Assembly (NCBI GenBank): GCA_051362555.1
Contig: CM120647.1
Span: forward strand, 8,184,001 to 8,248,000
Length of the DNA stretch: 64,000 bases
DNA from: Lingula anatina
Taxonomy: Eukaryota; Animalia; Brachiopoda
Reading direction: 5' to 3'
Shown here: piece by piece, positions 38,301 through 49,218 of the stretch
Layout: each line of letters starts with the position of its first letter
Position numbering within the stretch: the first letter of the stretch is position 1
Made by a program: the position numbers and the translations under genes
Notes under the pieces: generated by a model
Seen by the model: only the letters and a program-made list of their open reading frames with translations
The model's database searches: none
What the model was told of the DNA's origin: nothing

Positions 38301-41300
38301 CTTTTAATTTGTCGTCGACTAGGGCGTGTAAGGGAATGGACTTAGTTGAATACCTATTAGTCTGGGGGGATACTATACCTGTGTCCGCTGAAGGAGGAGT
38401 AGGCGGAGGGTTTTCTGGCAGATTGCGCTGGCCCGACTGAGGTGCCACCGAGTTGGCTGCCAGTGTTGCCATGGCTTGTGACATCTCCTTCAGAATGTTG
38501 AAGATGGCCTGGTTGTCCACGGGCTGTGGGGTTGAATGTGAACTCCCAGAAGTTGAAGGTGAGGAAGTGTCCGCAGAGGAAGGTGCAGATTTACGAACAA
38601 GTTGCTTCCCCTTACTGACTCGCGGGCGTTTTTCCGATGCTGAAGAGGGGCCGGCGGAAGAAGTGCTCGCAGTAGAGGGAGTAGGGTGAGTTCTGCTTGC
38701 CCGGCGTTTGTTTGGAGTGCTCTCAGGAGCTGTTGAACTTCTTGATCTCTTGGGAGGCACTGAAAAGTGTAATGAAGAGAGCAGCAGACAGGTGAAATTA
38801 TTTGTAAGTTCCCATGTAGTTTTTTATAACTCGGAGGAGACGGGGAAGGTGGCGGGTATCAAAATCGTACTGAGGCGAATTGAGCAGTGATCCGTTGATT
38901 GTTCTCTTGCGACTGTCGTGCGTGAGAGCAAAGTGAGAAAGAATACTATCGTACATTTCGTTAAACGCGACGGCGCGTACCTTGTGGAACACACCTGACC
39001 TAGTTCAACCTGATTGGGCAAAAATTAGTAACGAACCAAATACTCTGATTGGATAAGAAAGATTGGCCAATCACAGCCCATTGCCGATGCAGCACTAAAT
39101 CCACGATTCTATGTGCAGCATTGAATCCGAGGCTCGTCAGTTCATGCAGCACTCAATCCGAGGTTTGTACAAGTATGGCAAAATTACAATGCGAATCCCG
39201 TCGGAACTAGGTTACAATCCGTCGCCATAAAACAACGTTTGACTCAGCCGCCAAACTTCCCTTTATGTCTCCTTGATCTAAAGGTTCAATACGATGCCGA
39301 GAAAGGAGCAATAAAGTGACAAACACAAGTATGATGTTCGAAACTTGGCCGATGCCGGCCGCTTTTATTGTGAATCCTTATACTAAAATGAATTAAATTT
39401 TGATGTTAAAATTAATTAATTGTGACAGTGCCAAAATACGTAATTTTTTACGCCTGAAAAGACTATTTTATATATAATTCCCAAAGAACATAGTGCAGAC
39501 GTTTTAATTTGTGGGGTTGCAAAGAGGCCATAACCTTGGGATCGCAGAGGCCAAGGAAAACCCCACAAAGGACAAAGGAGCCTGCTGATAAGGACAGAAA
39601 GTTTCCAGATGAGTAAGTAGTGCGTAATGAGTAGAGGTCGGAAATGTAAAGACACAAAACGTGCCGCTCACCTAGGCGAAGCTAGGCAGACGAAAATATG
39701 ACAAAAATAAGGCATGAAAAGTTATGCCACTCAACCTGAAAACCAGGTCGGAAAGATAAAGACACAAAACGTGCCACTCACTCTGACGAAGCAGAGCGGA
39801 ATATAAAGACACAAAACGTGCCACTCACCTAGGCGTAGCTAGGCGGACAAAAATATTGCAAAAATAAGGCATGAAAAATTATGCCACTCAACCTGGAAAC
39901 CAGGTCGGAAAAGTAAAGACACAAAACGTGCCACTCACTCTGACGAAGTAGAGCGGAATATAAAGACACAAAACGTGCCACTCACCTAGGCGTAGCTAGG
40001 CGGACAAAAATATTACAAAAATAAGGCATGAAAAAATACGCCACTCAACCTGAAAACCAGGTCGGAAAAGTAAAGACACAAAACGTGCCACTCACTCTGA
40101 CGAAGCAGAGCGGAATATAAAGACACAAAACGTGCCACTCACCTAGGCGTAGCTAGGCGGACAAAAATATTACAAAAATAAGGCATGAAAAAATATGCCA
40201 CTCAACCTGAAAACCAGGTCGGAAAGTAAAGACACAAAACGTGCCACTCACTCTGACGAAGCAGAGCGGAATATAAAGACACAAAACGTGCCACTCACCT
40301 AGGCGTAGCTAGGCGGACAAAAATATTACAAAAATAAGGCATGAAAAATTATGCCACGTCGTTGCCGACTGGAGTAGGATAGAGGATAAAAGGAAGGAAA
40401 ATTACCGGTGGTCCTGAAAAGGTCGGGACCTGACAAAAGGGGGAGATGCGCCTATGGGCCTGAAAAGGACATGTGATGAGGGTGACAATAGATATACAAC
40501 AAGAAATCTCAAGGAAGTGATGTAGATATGGACTAAGAGCTATGGATAAAGGAAATGCTATGGGCCTGAAAAGGACACGTGTTGAAGGACAATTTAGGAA
40601 AGCGAAACGCGAAGCCGGGAGGCCTTCCTAATGATGGCGCCCCGTAGACTACGATAAAGTTTATACTGGCCCACATCCGAGAGATGCACCCCGTCTGGCT
40701 TGATGTGGAGCCGGTTAACTCTCCGCAGACCTACGTTCTTCCAAAAGGAAATGAATGGATTTCTTAGGGGCAAGTCTGCTAGGAGAATATTGAGCTGATC
40801 TACTTGGTCATTAAACGAAGGGTGAGGGGGACGTAGCCTGTGGTGAACTTGGTTCACCACCACATGTGAAACACCAAATACGTCGTGAAACGACGGGCTA
40901 ACTCCTCAATATCCTTACAGAGGTTTGAGGGAGAAACGTTACGATCGGACAGGTCATTAGAACCAATGATAAGAACGACCAGGTCGGGCCGTACCCGGCG
41001 AAGGATCCCCAAATCGTACTTGACCAGTTTAGGGACCGTGCGGCCGCCTATCCCGTGCCAGTGCACAGAATTGGGGAAACCAAAATCTTTCGCCGCCCGT
41101 ACGTCCCGACCCTGGTCGAGAAATGAACGGAGTCTATGAACAAATGAATGACCAATAACTAGAACTGCCATGGTGATCGTAATTCTGTGAGTCAAAAACT
41201 AGCAAATTATATTGAAAAAGAGAAAAAACTTACTTGTTAGCTGATCAAAATCGTACTGAGGCGAATTGAGCAGTGATCCGTTGATTGTTCTCTTGCGACT

Positions 41301-44300
41301 GTCGTGCGTGAGAGCAAAGTGAGAAAGAATACTATCGTACATTTCGTTAAACGCGACGGCGCGTACCTTGTGGAACACACCTGACCTAGTTCAACCTGAT
41401 TGGGCAAAAATTAGTAACGAACCAAATACTCTGATTGGATAAGAAAGATTGGCCAATCACAGCCCATTGCCGATGCAGCACTAAATCCACGATTCTATGT
41501 GCAGCATTGAATCCGAGGCTCGTCAGTTCATGCAGCACTCAATCCGAGGTTTGTACAAGTATGGCAAAATTACAATGCGAATCCCGTCGGAACTAGGTTA
41601 CAATCCGTCGCCATAAAACAACGTTTGACTCAGCCGCCAAACTTCCCTTTAACAAGGACTTGATCCAGCTTAGACCTCCAAACTAACAGGGTGACATGGG
41701 CAATTTTCACACACAAATCATAAAACTATATTTCAGTTAACCGCCTTTGAAATAAATATACCGTTCTGGGTAAATTAGAATAGTTATTAAATCGCGAGAA
41801 TATTTTTGACTTAAATGATGATTTTATTATTAATGGGAATTAAGCTACTATATGAGGTACATTTGCTTTGATTACGCTGTCCTTCATGTTTTGCGTAAGT
41901 CTACATTTTGCTTTATGTGCTTGTAATTTTTTAAAATATGTGCGTACAATTTTTGCAGGTCTAGTTACCCCCTGTTATGTGATGAGAGTATAAATTTGGC
42001 AATTAGTTCCTTAGCTTATTTGAATAGAATTGCATTGTAAAATGTTCAACAAGATGTTGGCGAAATAGCCCATTACTCTTTGTAGGTATTTCCTCCTTCA
42101 AAGTTTGTCTAAAATTATCTTTCAATCTTTACTCTTTCAAAGACAGTATAAAGTAACCTGACATATTTTCGTGTAAACTTAATGACAAGCCAAGTGTCTC
42201 CAGTTCATTCCGTACTCAATTTTACCCAAGCAAATTTTTTTCTTGAGTAGATCTTTATAGCACGGTGTTATAAGCTTACAAATTTGAAAAAAAAAAATTG
42301 CGTACTGACGCAGAATTTGCGTTTCAAGTTATAAAATGATCAATCTTTTAAATTATTTAATATTTCAGATGAAACAATCTTCAGAAACAAATCCTCAATG
42401 CATAAACGAATTAGGATAACGAACCGTTTTATTACAGCAGTTCCCATTTTTTCTTTAATATAACGCTCTTTTTCCTGTTTTTCCTCAACACGTTTTCTTC
42501 CACGGAAGCTTCAAGATACCCTGAGAGCAATTTCTTTTATTAATGTTCGCGACCGTGTTAGAACTTAATTGTTTAATTCAAATTCTTGTTTTTCTTTTTA
42601 TCAAGAGCTTGTAAAATATGTGGGTATTACCTCAATATTGCTCTTGATAAAAAAGAAAAACAAGAATTTGAATTTATACATACAGAGCTAATGAAACTGT
42701 TCTCTCTTAATTGTTTAAGTATTGATATTTAACGTCATTTACAAATACCAATAAAATAACCCCATGAAATAAATGAGATATATTGAAAAATATGAAAGCC
42801 CACCAAGACGAGTTTCATACCTGTTATTACCTGGCTTGGGAATTGCAGCGGTGCATAATTAACAGGTTTTATTGATAACGAGCTCTTGGTCAACTACAAT
42901 GAATTTAAAAATGCATCAGCAATTAGTAAGCTTGCCAACTGATGACAGTATCTAAAAGACTATCAGCTTTTGATATGATCTAAAACACCTGAGGTGACCG
43001 AGATCACGAGGATCGCAACTATTGTCACCAAAGTTAGCAAGTTAGTCACGGAAGACCGTCACAGATAAAGAAAGATAGTCAAGGAGTGCTGTAATTTTGG
43101 TGAATCCCACGGCAACACACTGAGGCATAAAGAAAATTGCTCAACTCCGTTCAACACAACTTTCCAAAATCATTCTGTCTGTTTGCACCATGCAGCTCAG
43201 TTGAGTCTCATAGACCTTTATCGTGATTGTCGTCACAGTACCACGTGACCCAGATCTGTTGCTTCATTTATGCATATTGAGGTGAGGTTTACTAAAACGC
43301 TTTTTTACTATTAATAGATTGTTTTTATAATTTTTAAATGGCGGGGATCGATTAAAACATACCTCTAGTGTATAGATTGAGTGCTGAATCTTCAAAATTC
43401 GAGAAATGGATTTTTACGTGAACATTGTCCTTTAAACTGCCCTTCATCTTTTGCGTAAGTCGATGTACATTTAGCTATACCTGGAAATTTTGAAATTCTG
43501 TGCGTACAATTTTAAAAGGTCTGGTTACGCCCCTGAATATTGAGATGTGTGTTACAATCGAGACTGATCCTGATTTAAAGGAAATACTACTGCAAATAAG
43601 AAATTTGTCGCACCCATTTTCACTTTAAAAAATGCTTTGTGTGTTGGCTTGGTAAGTTGGAGAAATTTACAACTTACTCCAGGAAAATCTTGTTGGTTTT
43701 ATGTTCTAATGAATAAAATAGAAAGACACCGACCGATTTTTAAAATTGAAATTCCTTGGTGCTTTATTTCAACATGAAAGTGACTCAACGGGGAAAAATC
43801 GGTCTCGAACTGATTAAAGTGACAGTTGAAAGAGAACGCCACCTACCGGATGAAAATACGATCACAGTGTTGTCAAGCATTCCTCTCTGTGCCAACGAGC
43901 CCATCACCTCGGACACTGCGTCGTCTAACGCAGATACCATTCCTACAAGTAAATAAAAACAACAGGAAATGTTAAAATAATTTGTCCTGTGATCTAGCTG
44001 CACCTGGCATCAGGCACTAGGATGTGTAAGGGCGCGTTCCCAGTGAAACGTAGTCATTCTACGTAGATCGATTCAACTCCGTGAGAACGAGATTTTCATT
44101 GCTAACGCACCCTTAAATGAGACCGGTGCTATGTCCAAAAGAGTTCCTTCCCTTGCGAAAAATTTCTTTTAGGTTCCTATGGGAAAATTTCCCCAAAACC
44201 CTCTACGCACGTGACGTCCGATAGAACTCCGGATCCTGTAGAGTCCTGTAGGATTCCTTTACAGACCAAGAAAAGTCCCACACAGCCCTATAGGATGTAC

Positions 44301-45386
44301 TATTGGAAATTATTTTGTAAGTGATATTTGTAGACCACATGGTGTAGCAAAAATGGCAGTCCATGACATAGCAATGCAACGGGTTAGTATACGAGTATAT
44401 GAGGTGATAAAGCTTTTAAATTTGCAGCACCAAAAGAATGGAATATTTTACCCATCAGTCTTAGACAAATTGTGGACCCTGGACATTTTAAAAAGGAACT
44501 AAAAACCCACCTTTTTAAACAATATTATCTTTAAATTCTTGAAAAAACACTTCTTCAGAAAAACTGTTCTTAGTCATAGTTTTAAATTTCCCCTTTTTTA
44601 TCCATTATATATATCCTTTCATCTTATAACCATTAGCAATATTTTTCTTTTAATTTGAATTTTATAATTTTTGTAAAGTCTACTGAACACATGTTGGATT
44701 TTAGACTATAAATAAATAAATATATTATATATAATATTATAATATTATATAATATATTAATATATAATATATTATTATAAATATGAGGGCGAATATCGCG
44801 TGTAAGAAGTATTGGACAACTGAATACGGTCCCTAACGGGCTGCCCATTCTTGCCAAGCCGTTTATAAAAGTACCCTTAGCAAAATATCTGGCCTGTCAC
44901 AAACTAAATGCAAATTTGCAAGAAATATTATCATGCAAATGAAGATTTTTTTGGCAAACTTACTGCAAATGGGAATAATTTTTATGCAGATTTGCGTCAA
45001 TACATGTATTTTCCTGCAAAGTCCGTAACCCGTTCCCGCAAACTAGGGTGAAATGAAGGAATGGAACAGAATGCAACGGAACAGAATGCAAAAACTGAAA
45101 CTAGGATTCATGCGTTCTGAAACTTTTCCCGTAAATTTCACCTCATTTGTTCAGCAGTTTGTGACATGAAACATCCAAAACGGTTGCATGATGAGGGAAA
45201 AGAACCAAAAAATGTCTGTTTCTCACCTAAATACATTTTCCTGACGCCCTCTGGTACGACACCGTCATAGAGTGCCATGTATTTCGTAGGTACTTGTAGA
45301 GGTTCGTGAACAAGTTGGAAGGCGAAGTACAGGAAAAGTGGCTGAAAGCATGAACATCGCAAAACATTGTTAGAACCAGATTATCA

Positions 45387-45430
<44 letters not shown>

Positions 45431-46606
45431 TTTCATTTAGAAAGCAAAATAAAGTGACTACTTACGTATAATTTGTATATTCAACTATTCACTCCGAGAG
45501 CGCGACCTCCGCCAAGGCAGCAATTTTTGATTGTTATTGATTATTGATTGATTATTGATCCAGATCACCACCAAAAACGAATCACTTCAAAGTTAACCCA
45601 TTTCTGACCTACCCTGAAAATTCCATCGAAATTCATCCATAACTTTTTGAGTCATGTTGATGACAAACAGACAAACAAACAAACAGGGGTGAAAACATAA
45701 CCTCCTTGGCGGAGGTAATAAGACAGTTATAAAGTGAAATAAAATTTAAATAGCACGCAAAGACATACTACAAATAAATCAAATGCAGTGGAATTGCATA
45801 TGCTTTACGTGCATTTATGTGCTTCCTGTGGTTGAAACAGCTCGATCTGACCGTGCTGATGCTACACACTTTCTTGGCACAGCTATCAGAATGGCGATGT
45901 ACGAATCAAAATTGTCCTGGCAGAAAGTGAGCAGAAATCCGTGCTTCGTGATTAGCCATGCATGTTTTTGCCTTTGTTTGTCAGATTCAATGTGACGTCC
46001 CGGTATGGACGAAATTATTGGTGATTTCGGATTGAAAAAGCAAACTCAAATTACGTCAATGCGTTGTTTTACATTCTAGGAAAATCAATACTAGTATAGG
46101 AGTATATAGGCAGATATTAAATAATGGAAAATCAACACAAAAATATAGACTCACCTTATCAGTACCGTGTTTATTAATGATGTCCTTGGCCACGTCGGTG
46201 TAGATATACGTGGCAAAAGTCCTGTTTTTGGTCCAATCCGGCCTGCTCCCGTTCCAAAGGTCAAGACCACACTGACCAAACATGGACAAGCAGTCCGTGT
46301 GAGTAAAGTAGTCATTCGCGGCGCCGAAAATACCTTATGAACGAGAAGATAAGGGTTTTTTATACCAAAGTGTCGAAACCATAAAAAAATCTCGCTCTCT
46401 TATATGTCTAACTGAACTACATACATATAAAGATAAATTTGTCAGTAAATCATTTTCTCTGCAATTATAGCCCCAGCTATAAAACGCATATTCCGGGAGA
46501 TAAATAAACTATTAAATGATTAAATAAACTGAATAATTTACGAAAATGTCATCCTGACTCATCAGTATAGCAACTTTAGTTTTCAAAAGCACGAAATCGG
46601 CTTCAG

Positions 46607-46640
<34 letters not shown>

Positions 46641-47878
46641 GGGGGGGGAGGAGAATATATCTAGAGGAATCTTACCATAGAAACTATCAAATCCCCTGTA
46701 AAGAGGAGTGTTCTTCCAAGTGTAGTGACCAATGTGCCACTTGCCGACCATGTGGGTTCGGTAACCTCTCTCCTTGAGCCGCTGTGGAAGTAAAGTCTCG
46801 TTCAGCGGCAGTGCCATAGGCATTCCTTGCATGTATGGCAAAGAGAGGCCTGTCCAAGCCTGAAAATATAAATTACTGGTAATTTGATGTTAAAGGTACA
46901 CTTCATGGGTCTGAAAATCCTCCAAATGTTTATTTTTGCCATCCACATGCACTTATACTACTTTACATACGCCTTAAAAACGATTTAACTCCTTAAAGAA
47001 TTTATTGCGGAGCGTGCTATATGTTGATACTTCCATCGGAGCTTAGGAAGATGGTCCCTGGTAGGCCTAATAATGACTGGCCTTTTTAAAATACGTCAAC
47101 CTTTATAAATTCACTTAAAGGTCGAATTCAAGTAGAGAAAGGGATAGATTAGTGGTTTGTGAGTGCTAGAAAATGGCTAATTTCCCCGGAAAAATCCATT
47201 TTGGTGGGTAAATCCCATCAATTGCCATTTAATGGATAAAGAAACTCCAAATTAGCTTTGCCTAGACCATATGCAAGGCTTGAATTAACGATAAGGCCTG
47301 AGATGGGCTCTATAACAATAGCGAATTCGTATGCTGTGTAGAGGACTGTAATTTAACTATATAAACATATCTAGTGATTTAACTATGCAATTTTTACAAA
47401 CATCTAATGCAATCTCGTAAGCTCTCGTAGTAAAAGCGAAATATATACAGTGTAGAGTGAAATAAAGGAAAGAAATAAAGAGATAGCAGGACAGAAAGAA
47501 ATGATTTGAGAGTAAAGGGATGAATAAGCGGAAAGTGGCCAGAATGACACACACACATACAGAGAGAGAGAGAGAGAGAGAGGATGGAAATTAACAGTGA
47601 GAGATAAAGAAAGAGCTCACCGCATTCCGACCTGTTAACAGTTCTCCTCTGCTTGGAGTACACACGGACTTGGCGTAATAATTCTCCAGTTTCACTCCCT
47701 CCCTGGCCAGGCGATCCAGGGTTGGTGATTTCACCTGGTTGTTATGGTAACCTACGTCGTTCCAACCCATGTCGTCTGCTAGGAACACGACGATGTGTGG
47801 AGGTCTCTTCCCAGCCCCTCTCACACTATCTCCAAGCAAACACAACATAATAATCAACACAGAAATAATAAGCTCCAT
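32376..47878 (-). CDS. Arylsulfatase B/I/J-like sulfatase, copy 1, about 513 aa (exons 47878-47621, 46859-46676, 46333-46155, 45341-45227, 43942-43847, 34515-34272, 33311-33151, 32680-32376)
   Basis: Signal peptide, [15 protein letters not shown], FGly motif [46 protein letters not shown]; every junction GT-AG and in phase. Confidence 0.93.
33326..33576. mobile_element. Fold-back MITE (Tourist/PIF-Harbinger-like)
   Basis: GGCTTCGTTCACATGCAATGTC...GACATTGCATGTGAACGAAGCC, almost entirely palindromic, TAA TSD on both sides. Confidence 0.85.
37543..37680 (-). pseudogene. Truncated N-terminus of the overlapping RT (pol) ORF; RT/RNaseH/YR deleted
   Basis: [32 protein letters not shown] resembles the TPV...L...GF..GF lead-in of DIRS/Ngaro RT ORFs, overlaps the gag end in another frame and is cut abruptly at repeat B2. 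Confidence 0.75.
37612..38759 (-). CDS. Gag-like ORF1 of the YR retrotransposon
   Basis: Basic/Ser-rich N-terminus, [46 protein letters not shown]-terminal Cys/His finger [33 protein letters not shown] typical of DIRS/Ngaro ORF1. Confidence 0.85.
39647..40357 (-). repeat. Higher-order tandem array inside the retroelement: 157-bp period, three hairpin-bearing monomer types, 13 complete monomers
   Basis: TAAAGACACAAAACGTGCC(A/G)CTCA recurs at 39647, 39757, 39804, 39914, 39961, 40071, 40118, 40227, 40274. Confidence 0.95.
40594..41171 (-). pseudogene. SGNH/GDSL hydrolase ORF of the retroelement with one frameshift near 40890
   Basis: Blocks VLVIGHSF (I), HGIGGRT (II), IIGSNDL (III) in the 40854-41195 ORF and DGVHL (V) in the 40594-40863 ORF. 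Confidence 0.85.
45490..45720. mobile_element. Helentron-associated (HINE/DINE-like) short element
   Basis: Subterminal IRs ACCTCCGCCAAGG (45505) and CCTTGGCGGAGGT, terminal hairpin ACCTCC-TTGGC-GGAGGT, internal microsatellites. Confidence 0.55.
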
Positions 47879-48502
47879 CTTTACCACGGCAGAGACTTGG
47901 TTGCGGTATGTATTCCCTGACAAAACCTATAACGTTGAACAAAAGCACTTCTTTTCATATTCTGCAAAAACGCCCCGTGTTAAACAATGTGTTGACCCGC
48001 ACCGTATACATATAGGGCACCATTAGGGCATTTTCTAATTCTATATTAAGTACGTGATGCCTCCGATACGGGTCACTGGCATTGTTCAGCTTACATGTCC
48101 CCTTTTTCCTACATGCTTAGCGAGGTAGAGTTCATATGAAAACCGGTAAAAAAACACAGGCCTTCTTTTTATGACGGAAACTGTATATATACTTTATTAA
48201 AACTATGGAAATACTGTAATTTCATTGGATCTCAGTTTGTATTACCTGTTCAGTTTTTTCACTTTCACCTTGAACAGGTTATTCAGTTGTTACCAAATCT
48301 GTCAGAGTGAACAGACGAAACAGTCAACAGGTAAATCAAATATGTGTATCTATCGTAAATGAAAACTTAAGAACTGTTTATAAATACTTTTTGCACTAGA
48401 CCGATCGAGCTGGTAAAATGCACATGGATAAATAATAGAGATAGTGCGTGCCTTTAGCAATCCAATGAAATTCATATGATACCTGCGCTGGTACATAAAT
48501 TT

Positions 48503-48640
48503 TGTGATATAATATGTGATATGTGATATAATATGTGATTTAATATGTGATATGTGATATAATATGTAATATAATATGTGATATGTGGTATAATATGTGA
48601 TATAATATGTGATATGTGATATAATATGTGATATAATATA
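48503..48640. repeat. TGTGATA/TAATA low-complexity minisatellite between divergent sulfatases
   Basis: Direct reading of the sequence. Confidence 0.85.
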
Positions 48641-49218
48641 GTGCACGTGCATTGGGTTTTTAAACATGCTCCGTAATATGATAGAAGAAAAAACAGTCAA
48701 GCATAAACGCAAATCACACTATGTACACTGATATATATATAGGCCTGCACAGGGGCTCTAATAAGCCATCTATACTCAACATTTGGAATTCTTCCACGAA
48801 TTTATATTTAACATCCGTAAGTTGTTGTTTTTTTTTTTTTTAATTGCCTTAACTTTGCCATATCAACGAAACAGAAGCACTTTTTTCCAGATACAGTCAC
48901 TGTATACACGTGCACAGACAAAACAAACCTGAATAAGTTAAGAAGAAAACCAACCATTTTCTAGATTTGATGTTAAGCAGAGACACGTATGCCAACCCCA
49001 GAAATGCGAAAGAGAATAGTATTTGTTTATTCTTTAAAACAAGCTGTAAAAACGCAGATTTAAGTGGCGCCCCTCAGTTTTGTTAACACGGTGTTTTTTG
49101 AAGCCACCAAGGGCAATGTACCAAATACAATTACCAAATTTAGAATAACATTCTTAGTTAGAAATACGAGAACTAATATAGCAGTGTCTTTCTAGACTTA
49201 GAGAAGTAAGCGATTTCC

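Larger units (their letters stand above)
37275..41651 (-). mobile_element. Non-autonomous tyrosine-recombinase retrotransposon (DIRS order, split-direct-repeat Ngaro/PAT type)
   Basis: Repeat A 41244-41651 = 38858-39265; repeat B 39262-39529 = 37275-37542; internal B/A junction; TTTA core at all three junctions; gag, pol N-terminus and SGNH hydrolase ORFs. Confidence 0.9.
34555..43535. mobile_element. About 9-kb non-autonomous TIR element (hAT-like ends) filling intron 5 of sulfatase copy 1, with nested insertions
   Basis: Termini CATGGGCGTAACTAG and CTGGTTACGCCCCTG; 5-bp TSD AATAT at 34550-34554 and 43536-43540; subterminal TGTGCGTACAATTTT at both ends. Confidence 0.65.

Noticed and set aside
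38180-38890. Plus-strand ORFs over gag (and similar antisense ORFs over lectin, CHST and sulfatase exons)
   Set aside because: Shadow ORFs of GC-rich coding sequence on the opposite strand with no motifs
39781-39802. Hammerhead ribozyme core (CTGACGA...GGAA) in one monomer type on +
   Set aside because: No stem II or GAAA in the right geometry, absent from the other two monomer types, and wobble pairs favour the - strand
39647-40357. CRISPR-like array (24-bp constant repeat with spacers)
   Set aside because: Spacers alternate between two recurring sequences rather than being unique, there are no cas genes, and the context is a eukaryotic retroelement
37275-41651. LTR retrotransposon or assembly duplication
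   Set aside because: Termini are two different repeats joined internally (split direct repeats), there are no TG..CA ends or PBS, and the empty site reconstructs cleanly
48350-48712. 120-aa His/Ile/Tyr-rich ORF
   Set aside because: Translation of the TGTGATATAATA minisatellite
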